Assembly: GCA_038888155.1 (NCBI GenBank)
Contig: JAWAJB010000001.1
Location: 288,001-352,000 of the forward strand
Source of the DNA: Desulfurococcaceae archaeon
GTDB taxonomy: Archaea; Thermoproteota; Thermoprotei_A; Sulfolobales; Desulfurococcaceae
Direction: 5' to 3'
DNA: 64,000 bases
In this document: positions 1 to 8,697 of the stretch, one piece after another
Layout: each line of letters opens with the position of its first letter
Numbering within the stretch: the first letter of the stretch is position 1
Program-made: the position numbers and the translations under genes
The notes under the pieces: generated by a model
Told to the model about the DNA's origin: nothing
The model's database searches: none
Seen by the model: only the letters and a program-made list of their open reading frames with translations

Positions 1-183
1 CATATAACAGATCGTGTGAATGGTATCCAAATTTGGATACGGTTCCGAGGTTTCTTCCCGCACTCGGTATTAATCGAAAACACGTGAATAAATACTATCA
101 AAGTATTCAAGTGAATGCTTTGTGGAAAATCAGTCAGGTAACCTGATGCGGTTTTCCTTGACTACCGACCAAGATCCCGGGTT

Positions 184-420
184 TCAATACACTTCCTCCC
201 CCTCCTCTTCCTCTTCCATCTTTTCTTCCGCTACCCCCTCTGCTTTTGCTTCTCCGAGCTCGTTGAGCCATGTTCCATGTTCAACGATAGCTTTGTACTC
301 GTCATCCGTGATACCCAGAATTCTCTTCAACTCGTCCTCCAGTTGGCTTCCATGGTTTCTGAAGATATCCTCGGCGACAGTGTTCAGGTCTCCACTATGG
401 TGAGAAGCAATTACCTCCAC
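184..420 (-). pseudogene. Short acidic-tailed ORF, possibly an orphan C-terminal fragment of an RM/specificity gene
   Basis: Directly follows the RM genes on the same strand. The frame is open only ~18 codons upstream of the GTG. Ends in a Glu-rich tail. Confidence 0.35.
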
Positions 421-478
421 TATCCTCCACGCACTACACTCCAGTAGTGCTCGCGATATGGGCGGAGATTGGGATTAT

Positions 479-1582
479 TTATGGATGTGGATTCTTCACG
501 CTTTCTCGGTCTTCGTTTTCTTGAGAATTTTTTTGAGGAGACGAGACCAGATTTAATGCGTCTTTTAATTTCTCTTTATCGACATAACCGTCAAGAATAC
601 GCACAATCTCTTTGAACTCGGGTCTTAAAGCGAGATGCCTAAAGGCGATTTCCTGGTTCGAATACTTGCTCCACGCTATTTTCCTAGATAGTTGACTGGA
701 GAGATCCGATATCTTTCTTCTAATGTCCTCTGGTACGGTCTTCCAGGATAAGCCGGCTACGATGATCGCTATCGCAGGCCTAGCGAACTGATCTCTTATA
801 AACGACCTTCCTATCTCAATAACCTTATAAGCTAGGTAGTTCAACACACCCGCGTAGTAGTAGGCTTGGTCCTGGTTTTCGCACTCTAGATATGCGACAT
901 GGCTTTCGGATACTGCTTTCGTGAGGTCCGTTGGTACGCATGCTGAGAACGTCCTCTGACATCTGTATATTACATAGTAGCGATTTTCGTCGAACATATC
1001 TATAAATGTCTTAAGCTCCGTAATTAGGGCATTAAGGTAGTTGAAGTCTCTTTGAGGCATTGCGTTTCGATTTAGCTCCACGAGGGTTTTCAGGAACTTC
1101 TTTAGGTCTTCATCGCCTCTCTTCGAGAGCAGAACGTTGTAAGTTCTGCAGCTGAACGGGTTTACCAGGCCCCTGTAGTATATTTTGTAGATGTCAACAC
1201 CATACCTGTTCATTAAGTCGATCGGTACGTTGTACGACTTGGTGAGGTTGCAGAGTCTAATGGATACGATTCCGCTCTTCGTACTGTACTGCTCTACAAT
1301 AAGTCCTGCGTACCCCGATTTACCCTTCTTCTTCTCACCTCCGAATAAACCCATTATGTAGCCTCCTTTTGGAACAACTCTTAGAACACCTAGTTCTCTT
1401 GCTATTCTCTCTGAGTCTTCCACAGCCCATGAAACCATTGGAGCAATGTAGTCGTCGTAGCTTGACTTAAGCTCCTCTATTTTCAATAAACTCTCTACTT
1501 CTTCTAGTGTCTTATTCTTTGAAATCCTTGAACTAGCTGTCTCCGCTGTGATCCTCAGTAGCTTAACCGGCACGCATCTCAC
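479..1582 (-). CDS. Putative target-recognition (specificity) part of a type IIG-like RM system
   Basis: Overlaps the end of the methylase ORF. YYYAGVLN-type motif and helical C-terminus resemble the C-terminal region of archaeal N-6 methylases. Confidence 0.6.
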   Translation of the reverse strand: MRCVPVKLLRITAETASSRISKNKTLEEVESLLKIEELKSSYDDYIAPMVSWAVEDSERIARELGVLRVVPKGGYIMGLFGGEKKKGKSGYAGLIVEQYSTKSGIVSIRLCNLTKSYNVPIDLMNRYGVDIYKIYYRGLVNPFSCRTYNVLLSKRGDEDLKKFLKTLVELNRNAMPQRDFNYLNALITELKTFIDMFDENRYYVIYRCQRTFSACVPTDLTKAVSESHVAYLECENQDQAYYYAGVLNYLAYKVIEIGRSFIRDQFARPAIAIIVAGLSWKTVPEDIRRKISDLSSQLSRKIAWSKYSNQEIAFRHLALRPEFKEIVRILDGYVDKEKLKDALNLVSSPQKNSQENEDRESVKNPHP

Positions 1583-3764
1583 CGGAGTATATCTTCTCCA
1601 TGATCTTTTTAACTACAACTACTGCGGGGTAGTTTCCATGCCCAAACGCATCGTAGTCAACGTCTATTAGCTTAACATCGCACTTTTCGAAGCTACTTCC
1701 ACAGATCTTCTCGATAATAGCGTAGGTTAAAAGAACGCCAGATCTCATCGGGCTTCTGGCATAGAACGACTGTTCTCTCGGCATCACGAATCCAACGCCC
1801 TCTTGTGCTATCTCAAGCGCTTTGTAAAGGGACATGCAGGCTACATCGGAACCGGTGACAACGGATGCCACTCTTTTTGCGTCGATCTTCAACACGTCAT
1901 TTAGGATTTTTTTGGCTTTTTCCCTGATAGACTCAATGTAAGTGGACTTATACCTAGTCATCGGAACCCAGGGTGGATTGGTAATTATCACGTGCGGTTT
2001 GAGAACTGTGGCCATGGATGGCATGATAGATGAAATTATGGTTGTAGCCCAGACACCGTTACCATACTTCTTTACCAACGTGCTCAACTTCTGAACAAAA
2101 TCGGTTTCATCTACTATTTTTTCAAACACATGCACCAGAAGATCTTCCTCTCTCAGATTCCTCAGATTCTTCAGCAGGTAATCTTTCAGCTCGTTCTCGA
2201 AACCCTCGTTGCTGGACAGGGAGATCTTTATACCAAGTGCGAGCAGTTGCTCTATCCTTGAGAGGGAAGTTAATAGTCGAAGGGGGTCCATCCGAGCGAA
2301 CGCAGATCCTTGCTCAATTTTCTTTGCATTAACGTGACTAATGACCGTGTTCACCACTCTCGTGTACTCCGGGTCCTTAAGGTCGAGGGCTTCTCCACCG
2401 TACCAAGCTGCGAGTGTGTCGGTGTGGTATATGCGTGGAGGAGATGGAGGGTTTTTTCCTGATACTCTACGAAAGGCAATTATCAGCTCAGCCCTAGCGA
2501 TAGCTACTGCGAGGGGGTTTACGTCGAACCCTACTAGTTCCTCGTAGGCGTTCTCCGGCTCTTCCTTTTCCTCATAGACTTTTCTGTAGAACGCTCTCAC
2601 CAGGAATGTTCCTGAACCGCAAAATGGGTCCATGACCAGCTTACCCTTGAGCTTGAATTCTTTTAGAATCATGTCTACTATCCACAGCGGTGTGTAGTAT
2701 TCACCTATTCTCCTGCGGGTCTCAGGCTCTACGAGAAACTCGTATAACTCTCTAAAGACATCTTCACCGGAGCCGAGCTCCCAGTCAACGAGGCGAGCTC
2801 TAGCAACCACTTCCTCGGCTACGTTCTCCACCTTGCTCTTGTATTCCTCTTTCATCTCTGGATGCGCTATCTTCCACCAGTTAAGGTATGGGAGTGCTAT
2901 GTCCAAGCTGTTACTATTAAAGGTCAGCAGAACACCGCTGCAAAGGTCGATTGGTTCGCCTACCAGTTTCAGTGCAGCTGCGAGACTAGCCATGACCATC
3001 ATGTGCATGAGGGTGTGTTTGACGAAGAGGTCTGCGTAGAAGCCCTCACCTACTGATTCGTCCTCACCATCCGACCTGTCTTCACCATAGAGTTGCTTCA
3101 TGATCTTCTTGTAAGCTTCGAAGAGGGGTCTTACTTTATCGTTTTCTCTAATACTATCGAACACTTCGCGCAACTCCTTGATCAACTTATCTGCGTTTAC
3201 AGTGTACAATGCCTCTATTGAGGCTGGATGTGGAGGTATTTTCAGGGCCTCCACTTTATCGGTGATTATTTGCTTTAGTACACTTACGGCTCCACTTCCT
3301 CCGTCTTCGTATATCCTCTCAAGTTTTATCTTGGGATCCCTCTGAACTCTGTAAATTCGCCATGAATCATAGTTTGTTACTACAAAGTACTCTACTTTCT
3401 TGAGGTGTGGTAAGTACTTGCTTGTAGCGTTCTCCACGGCCTGATCGAACTCTCTCTCACTGGACTTGTAATCAAACGCTATCGTTCCTCCAAACACAGC
3501 ATCAACTCTATACCTCTCGCTTCCAACGTACACCTCTTGAGGCATTAGAACTACAATGCCCTCCGAGACTTTGTCCTCGAGAAGGGATTGAAGAAGAACG
3601 AGCTCAAGACTCGGTTTAATCTTGGATCTCTCTCTTACAATACTTCTAAGAATGTTTATCAGTTCCATAGATACCTGCAACCTAACATTCTCATGCCAAG
3701 CTAATTTGCTACTGGACTTAACCTGGTCAAAACTAATGTATTTGTTATGTGTCACACTCGACAC
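1563..3764 (-). CDS. Type IIG-like restriction endonuclease / N6-adenine DNA methyltransferase
   Basis: GEYYTP, motif I DPFCGSGTFL, GFDVNPLA and motif IV NPPW (gamma order). N-terminal RVDAV..IAFDYK resembles a PD-(D/E)xK nuclease. Confidence 0.88.
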   Translation of the reverse strand: MSSVTHNKYISFDQVKSSSKLAWHENVRLQVSMELINILRSIVRERSKIKPSLELVLLQSLLEDKVSEGIVVLMPQEVYVGSERYRVDAVFGGTIAFDYKSSEREFDQAVENATSKYLPHLKKVEYFVVTNYDSWRIYRVQRDPKIKLERIYEDGGSGAVSVLKQIITDKVEALKIPPHPASIEALYTVNADKLIKELREVFDSIRENDKVRPLFEAYKKIMKQLYGEDRSDGEDESVGEGFYADLFVKHTLMHMMVMASLAAALKLVGEPIDLCSGVLLTFNSNSLDIALPYLNWWKIAHPEMKEEYKSKVENVAEEVVARARLVDWELGSGEDVFRELYEFLVEPETRRRIGEYYTPLWIVDMILKEFKLKGKLVMDPFCGSGTFLVRAFYRKVYEEKEEPENAYEELVGFDVNPLAVAIARAELIIAFRRVSGKNPPSPPRIYHTDTLAAWYGGEALDLKDPEYTRVVNTVISHVNAKKIEQGSAFARMDPLRLLTSLSRIEQLLALGIKISLSSNEGFENELKDYLLKNLRNLREEDLLVHVFEKIVDETDFVQKLSTLVKKYGNGVWATTIISSIMPSMATVLKPHVIITNPPWVPMTRYKSTYIESIREKAKKILNDVLKIDAKRVASVVTGSDVACMSLYKALEIAQEGVGFVMPREQSFYARSPMRSGVLLTYAIIEKICGSSFEKCDVKLIDVDYDAFGHGNYPAVVVVKKIMEKIYSGEMRAG

Positions 3765-3767
3765 CGT

Positions 3768-3965
3768 TTATTTTCTGGGTTTCATCTTGACTACAAAAAC
3801 TGTGTGCTTACCCCTCGGCGAAGTACCCTCATAGTGGTTGAACACGCCTTTACACTTAGGGCACTCGAGCATTCTGACCTCGTAGAACCCGTACCTCCAG
3901 GGCTCCCGCAGTAGCTTAAAGCTGCTTGCATCGGATTCGAAACTGCAGAACGGGCACTTAACCAC
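3768..3965 (-). CDS. Small Zn-ribbon protein (CPFC...CPKC)
   Basis: Two CxxC pairs. A GAGGTGA RBS precedes GTG at 3965, so the start is shortened relative to the ORF track. Confidence 0.75.
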   Translation of the reverse strand: MVKCPFCSFESDASSFKLLREPWRYGFYEVRMLECPKCKGVFNHYEGTSPRGKHTVFVVKMKPRK

Positions 3966-3970
3966 GCTGC

Positions 3971-4120
3971 TCACCTCTGCGCTTTCCTGATGTGGATTGC
4001 ACTGTTCTCGAAAACCCACTCGATCTCATCGTTCTCCCTCAGCTCAAGGAGCTTGCGAACCTCCCTGGGAACAGTTGCCCCGTAGTACCCGCCGATCCCG
4101 GTTCGAGCCACAACGAGCAT
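3971..4120 (-). CDS. AbrB/MazE/SpoVT-family DNA-binding protein
   Basis: TVPREVRKLLELRENDEIEWV is a typical AbrB signature; likely ATG at 4120. Confidence 0.8.
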   Translation of the reverse strand: MLVVARTGIGGYYGATVPREVRKLLELRENDEIEWVFENSAIHIRKAQR

Positions 4121-4388
4121 AAACCCTGCAGCACCCACTATAGAAAACCCCCGCTCAAGCATAAAACCTTTCACAAAGACAAACAAGCACAAAACAGGAC
4201 AAACCAAGCAGAAAGCAAACAAAACAATTGGGTGAAGACACGGCAACTTTGTCCCAACGCGTTCTGATTGACTCCACACTGTTAGAATGAGTCAGCGCAG
4301 TGTATAACGCCGTGCAACACGTCTCTACAACTGTGTAACAGCAATAGTACTGTTTTAAAACGGTTTCTATATACTACGGGTGAGCTGA

Positions 4389-4757
4389 GTGCCGAGGAGA
4401 CCTAGGAGAGAGGTTGACTACGAGTACAGTGTGAAAGCCTTGATGAGCAAAGACGAGAGAAAAGAGATCGTCGCGGCAATACTCGAAACACTGGCCAAGG
4501 AGCCCTTGACGACAAGCGAGGTCTCCCGCCGGGTCATCGCGGCGATGGGTAAACCGGTTCCAAGGTGGAGGATATACAGGACGCTACGGCTCCTCGAGAA
4601 GTACGGCTTCGTGAAGGCGAGGAAAATAATGTTCGAGAAGCAGTTGCTCTGGTGCACTACCGAGAGAACTGAATCGCTGCTGAGTACACTTCGCGGCCAT
4701 CGGGATCATACACAACAACCCTCCCATCGCGCACGGCAACAAAGTAGCCAGCACTGA
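4389..4757 (+). CDS. Winged helix-turn-helix DNA-binding protein
   Basis: PLTTSEVSRRV...RIYRTLRLLEKYGFV wHTH pattern; GGTGA RBS upstream. The 3' end overlaps the convergent ATPase gene. Confidence 0.75.
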   Translation: MPRRPRREVDYEYSVKALMSKDERKEIVAAILETLAKEPLTTSEVSRRVIAAMGKPVPRWRIYRTLRLLEKYGFVKARKIMFEKQLLWCTTERTESLLSTLRGHRDHTQQPSHRARQQSSQH

Positions 4758-7557
4758 TGAAACCGATGAGAATGCCGTACTCCTTCTCATCAACGCAAAC
4801 CCTAAACCCACCGGACACCGCGAGCTCTCTGCACTGCTGAGAGATCCGGCCAGGCTCACCAAGTGCAGTAACCACGGGCTCAGCGGCAACAGGCTTCTCC
4901 TCGCCGGCGGCTTGCACAGCTGGAGAAGCAGCCGCGGCTTCCTCCACGCGAGCAATCTTAGCTTCCTCCATCTTCACCGAGAATATCTTTACTTTGCCGT
5001 GGACTTCTCCGTGCTTCTCATACAGCTGCCTGAGCTTCTCGAAGCATTTCTCATCGGTCCAGCTGTGGATCTCCTTAAAGTCCTTGGCGGATTCTTTAAT
5101 CCAGTTTCTCACCACATGCTCTGGATGCGTCTCGAGCTCATTACAGGACTCTACCTCTATAGCAACAGCATTAGAGTAGAGGGGTCTCCAAGTCGATTTA
5201 TCGACTGGTACCGCCACGAGGTCCGGTCTAGCCTTGACCGATGGATCTTGCTTAGCGGGTAGAACCACGTATCCCTTACCATAGTATTTCAGCAAAACCC
5301 TTCTAGCTATCCCGTACCCCTCTTCGCTCGGAGCCGCCTGCTTAAGACCCCTGAACAGTCCTTTAATATAGACCAACATCTTTCTATTTCCTTCACGTTC
5401 AACCTCAATGTAGCCTAGTGCGCTAAGCCGGGCAACAGCGTCCTCGAGGTCTCTTCTGGGAGCACCAAGCCTTGTGGCTAAATCGGTGAGAGCTATTCTC
5501 TTAGACTTGTATATCTCGTATAATGCAAGCATTTCAAGGGGTCTAACAGGGTCTATGTATTTTAGCAATGTGTTGAGCATGCTCTTCAAATCAGCTTTAA
5601 CCGCTTCATCGGGATCAAAGATCTTCGTATATATGTTCTCTCTTGCAACTCTATGCTCTACATAGTCCATTTGCACTAAAACAGGTGGAGGTTGTTGCTC
5701 ACCTGGTCGAGCAGTAACTTTCACTACGGCTCTACCAATCGTTAAGCCCGTCAAAGCCTCTGCCAAAGCGTCTGCGAAAGAAGCATCCATCATTGATAAT
5801 CTTTTAATATCGCTACCGCCGACCATGAACGCTACTTTCACAGCGCAGTTTGTTAGAATGGACTGTAGTAGCGTCTGCGGTATCTGCCCTGTATGTTGAT
5901 GCGCTATAATCAAGTGCAACCCATACTTTCTCGCCTCCGAGAGAACAGTATCGATAACCGGTAAATCGGCTACGAACTGGAACTCATCTATGATCAGGAA
6001 TACAGGTGTTCTGGGTCTGTTTAAACGTGCACGCGCTAGAGCTTCGAACCACAGCTTCATCACTATGGTGCTAGCTACTAGTCTTGCAAAGTTCTCCCCT
6101 AGGTCTGCCTTGGGTATCGAGAATATGGTGATCGATCCAGGCGATAGAAGCTTATCCATATCTATAGTTGTTTTAGATGTCAGCCTCAAGAGCAACTTGT
6201 CATGTGCATAAGCTTCAAGCCTTGAAAGCGCTGAAATAAATGTCTGGTCCTGCATGTTCTGCAATGCTTCCAACTGCGCTTGCCACTCAACATCATCTAT
6301 ATCTAAGTCTAATTCTCCCTTGTATAGAGCTAGAATTGCATTGTAAAGATCTGCCATCTTGGGAGAATCCGATTTAGAGTAGAGCGCTCGTAATATTACC
6401 TGCAACAAGTACTTCACGTTTACGGCAGTCTCCATCAGCTTCAAGACCTCTTTGAAAATCTCTAACAGAATGTCTATAGCGATAGACACAGCGTGGTCTC
6501 TGTCCTCGATCTTTGGGAGGTCTAACGGGTTTAACCCAAACGGGCTCTTGATGGGGCATAGGTATATCGACTCGGGGATTTCCTCGGCCAATTCTCGTGC
6601 CATGTCTCCATGGGGGTCCACTATAACTATCGAGGCGCTTCCAAGCTCTTTCAACCTATGAACAAGTAGCTTGATGAAAGAGGTTTTGCCGGATCCTGTT
6701 TGCCCAATAACGTATACGTGCCTAAACATGTCCTCTAGGCCTAGCCTGAACTCGCGACCATCCTCCAAGACGCCTATGCGAAAGCTCCTTTCACCAGTTC
6801 TCTCGGGTATGACTAGAGGTAGAGGCGACCCCCTCACGAAGCCTATCTTGTGTAGGCTTGGATCTGGCAACCTCATGATTTCGTGGAGCAGATCCTCGGT
6901 AAGCACTATTTTGTTTCTTTCGCCGATCAGCCTTTCAAGAAAGCCTAGCTTAGGTGGTTGCAACAGCCTCTCTAAATCGCATTGTTTCCTAGCCTTCTTC
7001 CTCTCCCAGGAGAGCCTTACGCTGCATGAGCCCTCTACGAGCTTTTCTATGAGCTTACGCGATTTCTTGTCCGGCGCTAGGAGTAGTACCTTGCCCAATA
7101 CAACTTTGCTTACGCGGTTTCGCAGTAGCTTAGCCCTCTCCCTGTATGCTTGATTATTATACTTCACTGATTTATTCATCAGCTTCGAGATCTCATTAGC
7201 GAAGACCATCTTTAAGCCCGGGTCTCGGGCGATGCTTACGCAAACTCCGCTTACACTATTAAGCGAGTTCACGAGGCCGGCTATATCTGAAACAACGATG
7301 TCCGTGAACCAGAAGTCAAAGCAGTTCTTTAACCTTGCATCCGATGCGTGTATTTCACTATTGAATAATTGTAATATGCTGTTGTAGCTAGCTTTTGAGA
7401 CACCGAAGAAGTTCTTCAGCGTGTCAATAGATATTGGTGTTTCTACAAATACGTGTAGCTTCTTTGAGTCGTTCACAATGCACAGCGTGAACTCAGGCCC
7501 AAAGACAGAGAATGGCGGCTTCGAGGAGCCAACTCTGGGCAAGAGCTCAACGAGCAC
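4657..7557 (-). CDS. TraG/VirD4/HerA-like DNA-transfer ATPase with C-terminal wHTH and PD-(D/E)xK-like extension
   Basis: RHVYVIGQTGSGKT (Walker A), IVDPHGD, FGLNPL, IIDEFQ (Walker B), SEARKYGLHLIIAHQ; GGTGA RBS before GTG. Confidence 0.85.
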   Translation of the reverse strand: MLVELLPRVGSSKPPFSVFGPEFTLCIVNDSKKLHVFVETPISIDTLKNFFGVSKASYNSILQLFNSEIHASDARLKNCFDFWFTDIVVSDIAGLVNSLNSVSGVCVSIARDPGLKMVFANEISKLMNKSVKYNNQAYRERAKLLRNRVSKVVLGKVLLLAPDKKSRKLIEKLVEGSCSVRLSWERKKARKQCDLERLLQPPKLGFLERLIGERNKIVLTEDLLHEIMRLPDPSLHKIGFVRGSPLPLVIPERTGERSFRIGVLEDGREFRLGLEDMFRHVYVIGQTGSGKTSFIKLLVHRLKELGSASIVIVDPHGDMARELAEEIPESIYLCPIKSPFGLNPLDLPKIEDRDHAVSIAIDILLEIFKEVLKLMETAVNVKYLLQVILRALYSKSDSPKMADLYNAILALYKGELDLDIDDVEWQAQLEALQNMQDQTFISALSRLEAYAHDKLLLRLTSKTTIDMDKLLSPGSITIFSIPKADLGENFARLVASTIVMKLWFEALARARLNRPRTPVFLIIDEFQFVADLPVIDTVLSEARKYGLHLIIAHQHTGQIPQTLLQSILTNCAVKVAFMVGGSDIKRLSMMDASFADALAEALTGLTIGRAVVKVTARPGEQQPPPVLVQMDYVEHRVARENIYTKIFDPDEAVKADLKSMLNTLLKYIDPVRPLEMLALYEIYKSKRIALTDLATRLGAPRRDLEDAVARLSALGYIEVEREGNRKMLVYIKGLFRGLKQAAPSEEGYGIARRVLLKYYGKGYVVLPAKQDPSVKARPDLVAVPVDKSTWRPLYSNAVAIEVESCNELETHPEHVVRNWIKESAKDFKEIHSWTDEKCFEKLRQLYEKHGEVHGKVKIFSVKMEEAKIARVEEAAAASPAVQAAGEEKPVAAEPVVTALGEPGRISQQCRELAVSGGFRVCVDEKEYGILIGFISAGYFVAVRDGRVVVYDPDGREVYSAAIQFSR

Positions 7558-7631
7558 GAGGGCTCACCTTTTGCGGTGGATCCAAATTTGGAAACCACGG
7601 ATCATCTTACACACCTCCATTGGAAGAGCGC

Positions 7632-7646
7632 GTGCTTTAAAAGCAC
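7632..7646. promoter_or_regulatory. Inverted repeat GTGCTTT-A-AAAGCAC containing a TATA-like box in the divergent ATPase/pilin intergenic region
   Basis: Perfect 7-1-7 inverted repeat; TTTAAAA lies ~30 bp upstream of the pilin ATG. Confidence 0.5.
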
Positions 7647-7671
7647 TCCACATCTTAAACGGGGGTGTATT

Positions 7672-7992
7672 ATGAGGGTTTGCTTAAAGCCGAAGAGAGC
7701 GTTGGTCCCAATAACAACGCTACTTGCTCTAGCAGCCAATGCAGCTGTAGCCCAGCAGGTGCCAATAACAGTTGTGCCATCTCCACCGCCGGGCATCTCA
7801 GAGCCCATACAGAGGCTGCTCAGCTGGCTCGCGTGGGGCGGGTGGATAGCTGTAGCAGCTGCCTTCATTTTAGGCGCAATAAACTTCATAGTGGGGGACA
7901 GCGAGAAGGGGAAGAAGTACATTGCGGGGGCAATAATTGGGGCTATAATTATGGCCTTCTACTCAGCGTTAATAGCTGGGCTTATAGGATAG
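7672..7992 (+). CDS. VirB2/TrbC-like (CedA1/TedC-like) conjugative-type pilin
   Basis: Signal peptide ending AAVA-Q, then two hydrophobic helices split by the charged loop GDSEKGKKY. 106 aa from ATG 7672 with GGGGGTG RBS. Confidence 0.6.
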   Translation: MRVCLKPKRALVPITTLLALAANAAVAQQVPITVVPSPPPGISEPIQRLLSWLAWGGWIAVAAAFILGAINFIVGDSEKGKKYIAGAIIGAIIMAFYSALIAGLIG

Positions 7993-8224
7993 CCTCTACG
8001 CAGCTTTTCGCTACGCTCAACCTATTACCTCGGGTTTCTACTCGCTGTGCCCTGCACTTTTGTGCAATAGCGCGACTTCGGGACAACGCAAGTGAGAGCA
8101 GCTCAATGAATCTCAGCGAGTGCGCTTTTTCAACCGCTCCTCTAAAATTGGAGACAAAGGCAGATTAAGCGAGCTCCTTGGAGCGCGGCTTTTTAAGCTC
8201 AAATTAGTTCTTCGGGGTACAGCT

Positions 8225-8674
8225 TTGAAAGAGAAGAAGGCCATTAAGGGCGTCAGCGAGCTGATCACCATTATCAGCATACTGCTAGTAGCTGTAGTAG
8301 CTGTGTTCTCTTTTAGGGCCTGGGTCTCCTCGCAACAGCAGAGAATGGGCAGCATTGACATGGCCACTGCAACGTACAGCGTCCAGTACACTTCACCCGG
8401 CAACGCAGCTGTATCATTGCTTGTGAGGAACAACATGCCCAGTAGCATAAATGTAGCGAACGTGACTGCGATACTGTCAAACAACGCAGTGCTTTTCGCG
8501 GGCCAGAACTTCACAACTACGCCCGCTATTCCAGTTTCAACCTCAGCGAAATCTGACACTTTAATCTTCCTGACGATCTCAGGGCTACAGAACGCTGCAA
8601 TTAGGGAGCTGAGCGTGCAAATAGTTGACCCATCCACTAACCAAACGCAGTGGATTAAAGCTGTAGGGGGCTAG
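8225..8674 (+). CDS. Archaeal type IV pilin (class III signal peptide)
   Basis: KKAIKG/VSELITIISILLVAVVAV: basic leader, KG cleavage site, hydrophobic N-helix, then beta-rich domain. Probable TTG start at 8225. Confidence 0.8.
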   Translation: MKEKKAIKGVSELITIISILLVAVVAVFSFRAWVSSQQQRMGSIDMATATYSVQYTSPGNAAVSLLVRNNMPSSINVANVTAILSNNAVLFAGQNFTTTPAIPVSTSAKSDTLIFLTISGLQNAAIRELSVQIVDPSTNQTQWIKAVGG

Positions 8675-8697
8675 AGCAACAGCTTCACCTAAACCCC

